Positions 25,683 to 37,524 of a stretch of 64,000 nt of DNA are shown here, piece by piece (positions within the stretch are counted from its first letter, which is position 1; every line of letters starts with the position of its first letter). Both the position numbers and the translations under genes were made by a program. Under the pieces are notes generated by a model. The model did no database searches, was not told where the DNA came from, and saw nothing but the letters and a program-made list of their open reading frames with translations. Source of the stretch: Octopus sinensis (taxonomy: Eukaryota); NCBI RefSeq assembly GCF_006345805.1, contig NW_021833226.1, forward strand, positions 1 through 64,000, given 5' to 3'.

Positions 25683-25687
<5 letters not shown>
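25203..25687 (-). mobile_element. Non-coding interspersed repeat (family R1) inside (TAA)n
   Basis: Homologous to 31205-31705 and a fragment at 58310-58462; (TTA)n on both sides. Strand inferred from the presumed tail. Confidence 0.75.
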
Positions 25688-25716
<29 letters not shown>

Positions 25717-25742
25717 ATTATTATTATTATTATTATTATTAT

Positions 25743-25972
25743 TGTGTGTGTGTTTGTGTGTCTGTGTTTGTCCCCCCCCCCCAACATCGCTTGACAGTCA
25801 GTACTGGTGTGTTTACGTCCCCGTAACTCAGCGATTCGGTAAAAGAGACCGATAGAATAAGTACTAAGCTTACAAAGAATAAATAAGCCCCGGGGTCGAT
25901 TTGCTCGACTAAAGGCGGTGCTCCAGCATGGCCGCAGTCAAAATGACTGAAACAAGTAAAAGAGTAAAAGAG
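25743..25972 (+). mobile_element. 3' module of an S1 SINE
   Basis: TGTCTGTGTTTGTCCCC...GAAACAAGTAAAAGAGTAAAAGAG. Confidence 0.85.
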
Positions 25973-26034
25973 AATATTATGTTTGCCAACGAGTTACTGC
26001 CGCACATGGCTTGCTGCATCTCTGTGCTCCTGCA

Positions 26035-26290
26035 GTGTGTGTGTGTGTGTATGTGTGTGTGTGTGTCTGCGTGTGTGTGTATGTGTGTGTGTGTGTGTGT
26101 GTGTGCGTGTGTGTGTGTGTATGTGTATGTGTGGGTGTGTGTGCGTGTACGTGTGCGTGTGTGTATGTGTGTGTGTGGGTGTGTGTGCGTGTACGTGTGC
26201 GTGTGTGTATGTGTATGTGTGGGTGTGTGTGCGTGTACGTGTGTGTGTGTGTATGTGTGTGTGTGTGCGTGTACGTGTGCGTGTGTGTAT

Positions 26291-26322
<32 letters not shown>

Positions 26323-26590
26323 TTGTGTGTGCGTGCGTTTGTGTGCGTGGGTGTGTATGTGTATTCGTGTGTGTGCGTGTGTGTGTGTATGTGTATGTGT
26401 GTGTGAGTGTGTGTTTGTGTGTATGTGTATGTGTGTGTGTGTGTTGTGTGTGTGTGTATGTGTGCGTGCGTGTGTGTGTGTGTCTGCGTGTGTGTGTATG
26501 TGTGTGTGTGTGTGTGTGCGTGCGTGTGTGTGTATGTGTGTTCGTGTGTGTGTGTGTATGTATGTGTATGTGTGTGTGTATGTGCGTGTG
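26035..26590. repeat. Cryptic (TG)n array
   Basis: Direct reading. Confidence 0.95.
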
Positions 26591-27019
26591 CAACACATTA
26601 TCTATTGGAGTACCTAAAACTCTGTTGGTGCATCACGACTGTTTTGTTTTGTTGTGGGATGTGGCTTCTTGTTTCTACTGTTATTTTAGTGTCCAATTAT
26701 TTCTTTTATTAGAACATGTGTAACGCGGGTCATGCTATTTGGTTAGGTGGTATTTGTGACTTGTTCGTATTTTGTGATTGGTGCTAAGTGATTTGACGCC
26801 AGCACTTTGCATCAAGCTGCACGTCGACCTGCAGACTCTCAATGGGTCGCATTGCTCACATGCATGTTGCCAGGGCGGTGGGGACGCACTTATTTTTAAA
26901 CCCATGTTTACAACAAAGATTTCCCTCATATCAGTTCTTTGTTATTAAGCAAATATCTTTTATAACCCTTTATTTGCTCATCAATAATTCTATTTTTTAA
27001 AATTAAATTATTACTCTTT

Positions 27020-27655
27020 TTTTTTTTACTCTTTTACTTGTTTCAGTCATTTGACTGCGGCCATGCTGGAGCACCGCCTTTAATCGAGCAACTCGACCCC
27101 TGGACTTATTCTTTTGTAATCCCAGTACTTATTCTATCGGTCTATTTTGCCGAACCGCTAAGTGACGGGGACGTAAACACACCAGCATCGGTTGTCAAGC
27201 AACGCTAGGGGGACAAACACAGACACACAAACATACACGCACACACATATATATATACATATATACGACGGGCTTCTTTCAGTTTCCGTCTACCAAATCC
27301 ACTCACAAGGCATTGGTTGGCCCGAGGCTATAGTAGAAGACACGCAGTGGAACTGAACCCGGAACCATGTGGTTGGTTAGCAAGCTTTTTTTTAAAGTTC
27401 CCATTTTTAGGCCTTTAGCTACTTCACTTACGGGCCGCAGACACACAAACATACACGCACACACATATATATATACATATATACGACGGGCTTCTTTCAG
27501 TTTCCGTCTACCAAATCCACTCACAAGGCATTGGTTGGCCCGAGGCTATAGTAGAAGACACGCAGTGGAACTGAACCCGGAACCATGTGGTTGGTTAGCA
27601 AGCTTTTTTTTAAAGTTCCCATTTTTAGGCCTTTAGCTACTTCACTTACGGGCCG
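27020..27655 (-). mobile_element. S1 SINE with a 218-bp tandem duplication of its 5' half plus flank
   Basis: 27220-27437 repeated at 27438-27655. Confidence 0.88.
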
Positions 27656-28434
27656 CACTTGTGTTAGAAAAGGGCCGCTTGTTTGACACGCTTGGTGCAG
27701 AGCAATGTTTCTCAACCATTTTTGTTCCACAGCTCACTTCGATTTTCCAAAATAAATAAATAAATGAATAGATAGATAAATAAATAAAAAAGAAAGACAA
27801 AAAAACATGTGGTCCCCACTATGAATGGACATGGAAATCACACGACTATGATAAAAAAATTCTTTTTTTTTTTTTAAATTCTACAAAATTAAAAAAAAAG
27901 TTTTTCTAATTTTCCGAATTGTTTTTTTTTAAATCACACTTTAAAATACGGACAGTCCTAAATTTTAGCTTAAATTCTGCAATGGACTACCAAATGTGTT
28001 TATGGGGTGAAAGATTGAAGAACAATATGTCAGACTGACAAACAAACAAACAAACTAGGAGGGCACGAGGTGGTCGTGACATGTGCTAAAAACAACAGCT
28101 AAGTAGCCCTTAAATCCCGCACCAAAAATGTCTTTTTTTGGTTTATCGTATGAATTCCCGAGTATAGACCACAAATTCGCAAACATCTTCTGAAAATTAT
28201 AAAAAATAAAAAAAGGTATGCGGGGTTATATGAGGTGCTTAAATCAGGAATTCCGCCCTGGTTTTAATTAAAACATTATTGTAAGTTTTATTCCCTTGTT
28301 CTTGTTTTCATTATGTTTAAGTTCTGAAGTCCCTCACCCCACCCAAATATTGCCATGCCCCACCGGTAGGGCTTGTACCTCATCTTAAGAAACACTGGTG
28401 TAGAAATATGGTGTATTGATTGCTGGTTGACAAT

Positions 28435-28796
28435 TCTTTTCTACAATAGGCACAAGGCCCGAAATTTTGGGGGAGGGGGCCAGTCGATTAGATCGACCCC
28501 ATTATGCAACTGGTGCTTAATTTATCGACCCCGAAAGGATGAAAGGCAAAGTCGACCTCGGCAGAATTTGAACTCAGAACGTAACAGCAGACGAAATATC
28601 TATTTCTTTATGTAATCAACTTAATCCGTTTGTCTGTCCTTGTTTGTCCTCTCTGTGTTTAGCCCCTTGTGGGTAGTAAAGAAATAGGTATTTCGTCTAC
28701 CGTTATGTTCTGAGTTCAAATTCCGGCGAGGTCGACTTTTTCTTCCATCCTTTTGGGGTTGATATAATAAATATGAATTGAGTACTGGGGTCGAGG
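28435..28796. mobile_element. Inverted pair of permuted, headless S2 units
   Basis: Minus unit 28435-28610 and plus unit 28611-28796 each span a tail-to-body junction (28599 and 28687). Confidence 0.8.
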
Positions 28797-28802
28797 TACA
28801 TA

Positions 28803-28857
28803 CCCAGACACACACACACACAAACATACACACACACAAATACGCACACACACACGC

Positions 28858-28904
<47 letters not shown>

Positions 28905-29066
28905 CGACGGGCTTCTTACAGTTTCCGTCTACCAAATCCACTCACAAGGCTTTGGTCGGTCCGAAGCTATAGTAGAAGACACTTGACCAAGGTGTCACGC
29001 AATGGGACTGAACCCGGAACCATGTGGTTGGGAAGCAAGCTTCTTACCACACAGCCACGTCTACGC
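28803..29066 (-). mobile_element. 5' module of an S1 SINE plus CA/TA tract
   Basis: Homology to other S1 copies. Confidence 0.85.
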
Positions 29067-29771
29067 TTAATTATTATTTAAAAAAATAAAATCTAAAACC
29101 AAATCAAATCAAGCGCATTTTTCAAAATCGAATTTTATAATAATTACCGGTTATAAACGATTATAAGTTTACCGTTCACTTTGATCCAATTCAAATTGCT
29201 TCACTTTGTCGCCATCTTTTAGCATTCGAAAAGTTATTAGTTTATTTTACGACAAAAATAATTGTAGGTTCTAGTTTTCATTATGTTTAAGTTTATTCAT
29301 AATTAATAATGCATACCATTCGTTAATTATTGTGTAGTTTCTCATTTGTATTTCCCCAGTTTATGTCTAGTAAAGTTGAGGCCGTTTCTCACTTTGCTAC
29401 AGTTTCTCCATCACATCGAGACCCAACGGCCAAGCGGCGCTTTGTTGGTTCGGCTCCGCTCACCAGCACTGGATACCATCCACGACAAGGATTCTTAAAT
29501 CTTGACAGTCCAACTCATCTTACTGTCAGTAATTAGCGCGTTAGCACAGTTCATCTAGCTGTAACCAGGTACCACATATGACATCAATGTTATAGTTTAC
29601 TGTACTTTGTCTATTCCATAACAAGACTTTTAACAGTCAAAGTCCAATCTACACAGATATAAGTTGAAACCACAGAGTGGTATAGTTCCTGGCACTGTGT
29701 GCAGAGTGAAGTATGATTGAAAAAAGAAAAACAGGATGGTTGTGGCTGGAATGCCCTTGATTATATTATTA

Positions 29772-29812
<41 letters not shown>

Positions 29813-29829
29813 TTATTATTATTATTATT

Positions 29830-30197
29830 ATGTTTTTTTCCTTCTTTCTTCAAATTTTCTTCCGTTTCTCGCCGAGTGTTTTCCATACACCTAGGGCAGA
29901 GAAGCTCATTGTATGCATTCCCAGATTACACGCGCAAATTCACAGATAAAATATGTATTTAAAAATTAATAAATAAATGAATTCATGGATGGATGTTATT
30001 TTCACAGCGATAGTGCACTTCTCAGTACATGAACCGTTCCAGTTAATACGATTTTTTGCACTTCCTGTACGGATGGTAAGCCTGGTATCATTTTCAAATA
30101 GGTTTCAGTACATTTTTCTATCATTCCTAGAAATCCTACAATCACTATCATTCCTTGAGATCCTACAATCACTGATTGTAGGATCTCTAGGAATGAT
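29830..30197 (-). mobile_element. 5'-truncated R4/Dong-clade retrotransposon 3' end in (TAA)n
   Basis: Minus strand encodes VIVGFLGMIEKCTETYLKMIPGLPSVQEVQKIVLTGTVHVLRSALSL*, typical of the R4-clade C-terminus; flanked by ATT repeats at 29765-29830 and 30202-30272. Confidence 0.75.
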
Positions 30198-30240
30198 TGT
30201 GATTATTATTATTATTATTATATTATTATTATTATTATTA

Positions 30241-30271
<31 letters not shown>

Positions 30272-30273
<2 letters not shown>

Positions 30274-30572
30274 GACCGGGTTCCAATCCGGGCTGCAGCA
30301 ACATAGCCCTCCACCTGCTACACCCCTCGGTCCAACATCACTGCCTCGAGGTTCTGGATACCTTCCAGGGGCCGGTGTCCGTGACCAAGTTGTCGATGTA
30401 AGAGTGTCGCTTTCCTCTTCTTACTTCGCAGCTGACATAACACTCCTTCCTCTCTGATGAAACAGCTCAAGCGCATCGGCTGCTCAGCAGAGTGGAAAAA
30501 AAAACATCAGCTGCCAAAACTGGACTGCAACACAAATGTCAAGAGAAACCGAATATGACGACTTTCAACCGA
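30272..30572. mobile_element. RTE/RTEX-like LINE fragment with internal inversion
   Basis: Minus 30272-30420 reads RGKRHSYIDNLVTDTG...LEAVMLDR then (TAA)n; plus 30421-30572 reads FAADITLL.SDETAQAHRLLSRVEK..AAKTGL (RT domain 5-6 like). Confidence 0.65.
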
Positions 30573-31029
30573 TCAAGTGATGCTGAACTGTTTGCTTCGA
30601 TTGGTTCCGAATTGAATATTGTACTTGAATAACTTCAAGTGTTTCGCTTGCTTGGGTGAGCGAGTTCGGAAGCAGACATCAAGATCAGAAAGTCACAGGC
30701 ATGAAAGGCCTGTCAGAAAGTTTGGAAAGAAAAGTCTGGAACTCCGTGTTCGTAAATCTACTCAATCAGGACTAACTTAGGTATAAACAACAACAACAAC
30801 AACAACAACAACTACAACTACAACAACAACAACAACAACAGCAACAGCAGCAGAAGCAGCAGCAACAAGACGTTGACGACGACAAGAACATCTGCAGATA
30901 TCCGAAAGTTCAATCAAAAAAGTCTCCTCTCGATCGTTCAGTCGGCTGGAAATTGCAGCCAAATCTTTTCGAAATCCCACCATAATGTCTTAAGAAAAGG
31001 GGGACAACCTGAACAGTAGTGGGAAGTAG

Positions 31030-31175
31030 TGCTCCTCCTCCTCCTCACCCTCCCACATCCCCCCGCATCCTCCTCCTTCTCCTCCTCCTCATCATCACCC
31101 TCCCACATCACCCCTCCCCTCCCCTCCCTCCTCCTCCTCCTTCTTCGTCTTCTACTTCTTCTTCTTCACCTTCTT

Positions 31176-31206
<31 letters not shown>

Positions 31207-31230
31207 TTATTATTATTATTATTATTATAT
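31030..31230. repeat. Compound (CCT)(CTT)(TAT) repeats
   Basis: Direct reading. Confidence 0.9.
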
Positions 31231-31725
31231 TGAGAGAGAGAGAGAGAGCAGTTCATGCCATCAAAGTGACACTGGGGTAAAATATACGAAGCCCAGTATA
31301 TCCATCTTGGCTACCCGTCTGATAAGGGTGCATCAGGCACATGCATCACAACCATATGTGCGCGACATAGTGGTCTCACATCAAGATAAATAGCGCATGA
31401 TCTTGCAGGTGGGGCTCAGTTAGAATTTTTTCTGGTCGAGTAACCCATTCCACTCAAAAGGTCCGCAATAAGGATTGTTTAAGGATGTTGAACGAACCAC
31501 CCCTGTTTCCAAGGGTGAATTATCCAAACCCCAAAGAATTCCTCTCAAGACATGGCTATGATGCTCCCTCACTACTTCTGCTCGTGATCAGAGATGCACA
31601 TATCGTAAGCCACTAAGGGAAATGCTCAAATGGTTATGGTCAAACAACTGACAAGCAAATCTGTGGTATTGAGCAGAATATTTGCTGTAGCCCATCTTTT
31701 ATACCAAGACAAAACAATGTTCATG
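31205..31725 (-). mobile_element. R1 repeat copy
   Basis: Homologous to 25203-25687. Confidence 0.75.
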
Positions 31726-32190
31726 ATAGCAGGACGAGGTGGTAAATCGATTACATCAATCGGTACTTATTTTATCGATACCGAAAGGATGAGAGGGAAA
31801 ATCGACCTTGGCGGAATTTGAACTAAGAAATACTGCTAAGCCTTTTGCTAAGCATTTTGCCTGGCGTGCTAATGATTCTGCCAGTTTGCCGCCTTACGTC
31901 CTATTTATGTTGAAAGTCATTTCCGCACTTAGCAACTGTCAGGCTTTTACGACAATTTTATGTCCGAGGTTAAGTGTTTTTTATGTTTTATCTTTTACCT
32001 GCTTGGGTCACATGATGGCGGTCATATGACACCAGGTCAAATTGACCTCAAGACTTATTCTTTTAGGGTAAATACACCAATACCGGTTGTCTTCTATAAA
32101 CAACCTTGCCTAGGACTTGTGCTTCGTAGGGGAACATTCTAGGTGCAATTCCATGGCCATTCATGACCGAAGGAGGTCTTTACTATATAT

Positions 32191-32247
<57 letters not shown>

Positions 32248-32253
32248 AGTTCA

Positions 32254-32506
32254 GCAAAATTTAGATTCAGATGAATATGTACTTAATTTAAAGGCACCAG
32301 AATTTGGTATGGTATTATCCAAAATATCCTTGTTGCTGCAAAATTTAGATTCAGATGAATATGGTACTTAATTTAAAGGCACCAGAATTGGTATGGTATT
32401 ATCCAAAATATCCTTGTTGCTGCAAAATTTAGATTCAGATGAATATGGTACTTAATTTAAAGGCACCAGAATTTGGTATGGTATTATCCAAAATATCCTT
32501 GTTGCT
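32254..32506. repeat. Three copies of an ~84-bp tandem repeat between (TA)n tracts
   Basis: Unit GCAAAATTTAGATTCAGATGAATATGG...TATCCTTGTTGCT starts at 32254, 32338 and 32422. Confidence 0.92.
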
Positions 32507-32746
32507 TATTTTGATTATATATATATATATAATATATAATATTATATATATATATATAATATATATATATAGTACAAAGTAAGATAGGAGTTATGAAGGT
32601 AACCCACTATGGGATATCAGTTATCCAATATACTGTTGGTAAAGTACCCAAATACTAAATACATAAATGCTTATAATTGCAATGCAATTAATTCATTTAT
32701 TGGATTGAATGGGTGAAGGTAAAAAATATTTTACCGTAAATTCATA

Positions 32747-32952
32747 ATACAAATAAGAAAATGGAGAAACAAATTCATTTCGATCATCAACTTACGGATA
32801 TTACCATTTTTTATTATTAATTTGCATATTGATGTATATTGTTTTGTTCGATTTTCATGTTCCTATTTGTATAATTAATAAATAATATGAAATGGTAATA
32901 TCCGTAAGTTGATGATCGAAATGAATTTGTTCCTCCATTTTCTTATTTGTAT
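32747..32952. repeat. 63-bp near-perfect inverted repeat with an 80-nt spacer
   Basis: 32747-32809 versus 32890-32952, one mismatch. Confidence 0.9.
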
Positions 32953-32973
32953 ATATATATATTATATATATAT

Positions 32974-33005
<32 letters not shown>

Positions 33006-33020
33006 ATATAATATAATATA

Positions 33021-33410
33021 CTAGCAGTATCGCCCGGCGTTGCTCCGTTTGTTTCGACCCTTTAGAATTGGAATTTTTGAAAAGTAAAAATTCTGCATTA
33101 TGTAGCATATTATTCTCTTTAAGTGAACATTTTTCTGGTTGAAATACACCGAAAAATGTTGACACAGCAGTCAAAAAATCGTAAAAAATAGTGATTTTCA
33201 TAGAAAAAAAAGCACCTTTTTGATGTAAATAATTTTTGGTGTTAACACGGTCCAATTTGAATTTTTTCTTCTACGGAAGGAAGAGCAAGCCTTCTTCTAT
33301 CATACTCTCAATTTTGGTCAACTTGTGCTGCAGGGTCTCGGAGGAGATAGTGTTAGTTGAAGGCTACCAAACCTGCCATACACAGATAACTCCAGCTTTA
33401 TATATATATA
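33021..33410 (-). mobile_element. Non-autonomous Helitron, related subfamily
   Basis: Same 3' end (CTAGCAGTATCGCCCGGCGTTGCTC on plus) with a different body; the 5' end merges into (TA)n. Confidence 0.7.
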
Positions 33411-33618
33411 TAAATATAAATATATATATATATATCCCAGCGTTCACTATTTTCCTCCCGTTCTGGTCTATCGGTCCTTCGTGTTTGTTTCCATTCGCTT
33501 TCCTTGTATGTTTCCATTGTCCTTTTTTCCATTTTCCCTCTCTTCTTTGCATATGTAACTCGTTTCTTTTCGTACTTCATATTGTTTACACAGTTATAAT
33601 GTCCTGTACCCATATACG

Positions 33619-33690
<72 letters not shown>

Positions 33691-33693
<3 letters not shown>

Positions 33694-34051
33694 TGACGTC
33701 CTGGTTTTGTTTTTATCCTTACCATTATTTTTTACGTATTTGTATTCTTATTCGTGCTTTCTTTATTGTTTTTACGTTTTTTTGTATTTTTATTCGTGTA
33801 ACATCGTCCGTTTTCCGTCCTTGTGTTGTATACATTCGAGGCTTTCTTCCAAGGGATCTAATGCGCTTGGCTTAGATTTCCCTTGGCGGCTGCCCAGATC
33901 GGAGCAATCTCAAGATTAATCAGCCGAAATTGCGAAGATGATCCGGTTCTTGACTGATGATTGAGGGCTTCGAATGTCCCGTCCTGTGTTTCTTGTGTCG
34001 TCTTCTAAATGTTTCACGTTCTTGTCCCAGTTTGTATATTTTTTTTACTTT

Positions 34052-34055
<4 letters not shown>
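33691..34055 (+). mobile_element. Penelope-like terminal-repeat remnant between (TA)n tracts
   Basis: Homologous to 435-630; contains CTGATGA at about 33954. Confidence 0.5.
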
Positions 34056-34096
<41 letters not shown>

Positions 34097-34105
34097 TTGT
34101 TTATA

Positions 34106-34137
<32 letters not shown>

Positions 34138-34269
34138 GAATACATGCACATACACGTATACACACACACACACACACACACATATATACACACACACATA
34201 TATACACACACACATATATATATGGTTGGTAAGCAAGCTTCTTAATACACAGCCACTCCTGCGCCTATT

Positions 34270-34506
34270 TTATGTTTTATTTTCTACTTGTTTCACCCAC
34301 TGGATAGCGGCCATGTTGGAGCACCGCCTCGAAAGATTTTGGCTGAATAAATCGACCACAGTTCTAATTTTAAAGTCTGGTACTTATTGTATTGGTCTCT
34401 TTTGCCGAGCCGCTAGGTTGCGGGACGTAACAAAGCATAACCAGTTGCCAAGTGGTGAGGGAAAGAGAGGGTAAAAACAAAAATTAAGATGCACACATAC
34501 AACACA

Positions 34507-34543
<37 letters not shown>

Positions 34544-35060
34544 TACACACCACACACACACCACACACTCACACACTCACTACATATACAGGCATACACA
34601 CACACTACACACACACAACACATACACGCATTCACATACACCACAAATACACACACGCACCACACACACACCACACACACATACACACACCACACACACA
34701 CACACACCACACACATCACATACAAGCATACACACGCTGCGCACACACACGCGCACCTCACACACGCACACTCACACACATGCCACGCATACACACACAG
34801 ACACGCGACACATACACACATACACACCACACACACTACACACAAAACACCACACACTCACACACACACCACACATACATAGACACACTCACACACTACA
34901 GACACACACATACACACACCACACACACACACGCACACACACACAACGGCTTTCGACAATGTGTCTATCACTGGTACAGAACACTTGCCCAAGGTGCCGC
35001 GCAGTGGGATTGAACCCGAGACTAAGTGGTTGCAATGTGATCTTCTTAATTACAAAGATA
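34270..35060 (-). mobile_element. Old S1 SINE with its internal CA-rich tract expanded to ~450 bp
   Basis: Degenerate S1 modules flank the repeat at 34490-34945. Confidence 0.7.
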
Positions 35061-35104
35061 TGCTTACGTCTGCGGAATAATGGCTCGTGTTACTGTTGTT
35101 GTTC

Positions 35105-35237
35105 TTGATGATGATGATGAGGATGACGACGACGACGACGACGTTGATGATGATAATGGTGGTATTGGTGGCGGCGATGATAATGATGAGGATGGTTGTG
35201 GTGGTAGTGGTGGTGGTGGTGGCGATGGTGTGGATGT

Positions 35238-35281
<44 letters not shown>

Positions 35282-35607
35282 ATGATGATGCTGTTGATGA
35301 TGGTATTGCTGCTGTTATTGATGATGATGTTTATGATAATAATGATGATGATGACGACGACGTTGATGATGATAATGATGAGGATGGTTGTGGTGGTAGT
35401 GGTGGTGTGGATGATGATGATGATAATGATGATGATGATGATGATGTTGATGATGACGATGATGATGATGATGTTGATGATGATGATGATGACGATGATG
35501 ATGATGATGATGTTGATGATGATGATGTTGTTGTTGATGATGATGATTATGACGATAATGACGATGATGACGATGACAACGATGATGATGATGATGAAAA
35601 TGATGAT
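35105..35607. repeat. Degenerate (GAT)n array
   Basis: Direct reading; source of poly-Asp, poly-Met and poly-His pseudo-ORFs. Confidence 0.95.
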
Positions 35608-36678
35608 CTAAAAAGATGCTTGTATTCACAACCCGTCCTCCTCCTCCTCCACCCCCCACCTTACCTGTCTGTCACAAATGATAAACGTCATCTACGTCCC
35701 ACCTCACCAATCGTTGACACGGCAAACTAGCGTTGCTATAGACACCTATTGATTTCTTCATACTCCTGCTTTTAGAAATTAAATATATATTTCACCACCA
35801 CCATCTCCACCACAACCACCACCACCACCACCACCAACAACAACAACAACTTCATCCTCGACAACAACAACAAAAAGTAAAAGCAAAAACGTCAACAAGC
35901 TTAGTAACAGCAACAACAACAACAACAGCTCCAATAACAAAAAAACACCAACAATAATCACAGAATGACAACAACGTTGACACGAAACACCTTTTCTAAT
36001 GTCAAAACCGATTTGATCACTGCGTGGAAGGGTGTGCATAACTGTGGTGTGTGTGTGTGTGTGTTTGTTTGTGTATTTGTGTGTGTGTGTGTGTTGTGTG
36101 TGTGTGTGTGTGTGTGTGTGCAAGGTTATGCATAATAACGAAAAATTATGAATATATTTATATATATTTCACCATCTTATCACATACATACTTACATGCA
36201 TATATACATACATTTTGGTAACATGAACAGCGTCAAGAGACAATTAGACCTTGTTACAACATTCTTACGAGACATGGGGATGAAGTGTGGGCGAGACAAA
36301 TGTTGATTACATGAAAGTCAACCGAGGAAAGATTGTCGACCAGACAGAGAACATGTACATCAATGGCGTGTCTTGTCTGTTTCTTCTATCTCTAATGGTG
36401 AAAATTACAAGTATTTCGTAATCGATAAGAATGTGACATTCGTTTGTGCTGTGACTAAAGCCAGAATAGCAGAAGTGTAAATCTGTAGACTCTGGGAAAT
36501 ATGGAACTCGCGGTTGTTTGCGTTTAACAAGACCATATCTCACAATGCTTTTGCAGTGCCAATGCTAGTACTAACATTTGGGGTACTGGACTGGACACTT
36601 GACGGGATCCGCAGCCTGGAGATCAAAATTAGAAAAATGCACTGATCACCACCGGCAACTTCTACATCAACAGAGACA

Positions 36679-36834
36679 TTTTTCATTTTCGTTATTTTTC
36701 ATTTGTCCAGCTCGCTTACGTTCTTGGTGTATTGAAGTAATTCTTGAGAACAATTCTTTGGTGGTGGATTCCCTTTGCGGATCTATATCTAGCATAAGAG
36801 CGTCCACATAGTGGATTCTCTCTTATCGTTGTGT
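36679..36834 (-). mobile_element. 156-bp retroposed insert with a 13-bp TSD
   Basis: ATCAACAGAGACA at 36666-36678 and 36835-36847; A-rich 3' end on the minus strand. Confidence 0.8.
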
Positions 36835-37137
36835 ATCAACAGAGACACCGATAGAAGCTGTGTGAAACGAAAAGATGGCGGTACAGGAATAAGGTCAGCC
36901 CAAACAGCCTTTGACTGTATCATTCAGACAACACAGGCAGAACAGTAAAGAAAAAAATGAGTATATTACATACGTACTCGAAAGTGAGAACAACAGCAAC
37001 ATCTTTAGGGTTGGAAGTAGAACTCCCAAGCAAATACTCTGAGAATAAAACTGTCTCGTCTCATGCAACGCAAAGGAGGCTGGACTGGCCTACATTAAAG
37101 GAAACTTGGAGGAGAAGCAGGTATCATACCAGCAAAA

Positions 37138-37524
37138 TGGATGGAGCACTCCGTCGGTTGCAACGATGAGGGTCCCAGCTGATACGATCAACGGAACAGC
37201 CTGCTCGTGAAATTAACGTGTAAGTGGCTGAGCACTCCACAAACACGTGTACCCTTAACGTAGTTCTCGAGGAGATTCAGCGTGACACAGTGTGTGACAA
37301 GGCTGGCCCTTTGAAATACAGGTACAACAGAAACAGGAAGAAAGAGTGAGAGAAAGTTGTGGTGAAAGAGTACAACAGGGGTCTCCACCACCCCCTGCCG
37401 GAGCCTCGTGGAGCTTTAGGTGTTTTCGCTCAATAAACACTCACAATGCCCGGTCTGGGAATCGAAACCGCGATCCTCCGACCGCGAGTCCGCTGCCCTA
37501 ACCACTGGGCCATTGCACCCCCAC
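37138..37524 (-). mobile_element. S3 SINE, tail type A
   Basis: Homologous to 12106-12494; TSD ACCAGCAAAA at 37128-37137 and 37525-37534. Confidence 0.92.

Noticed and set aside
33885-33985. Hammerhead in the Penelope-like repeat (CTGATGA; GGCTG/CAGCC-GAAA)
   Set aside because: The core elements are not in a valid type I, II or III order, and CTGANGA is followed by GAAT rather than GAAA.
35080-35730. Asp-rich 216-aa ORF resembling acidic biomineral proteins
   Set aside because: Degenerate (GAT)n with no signal peptide or splice support; alternative frames are equally open.
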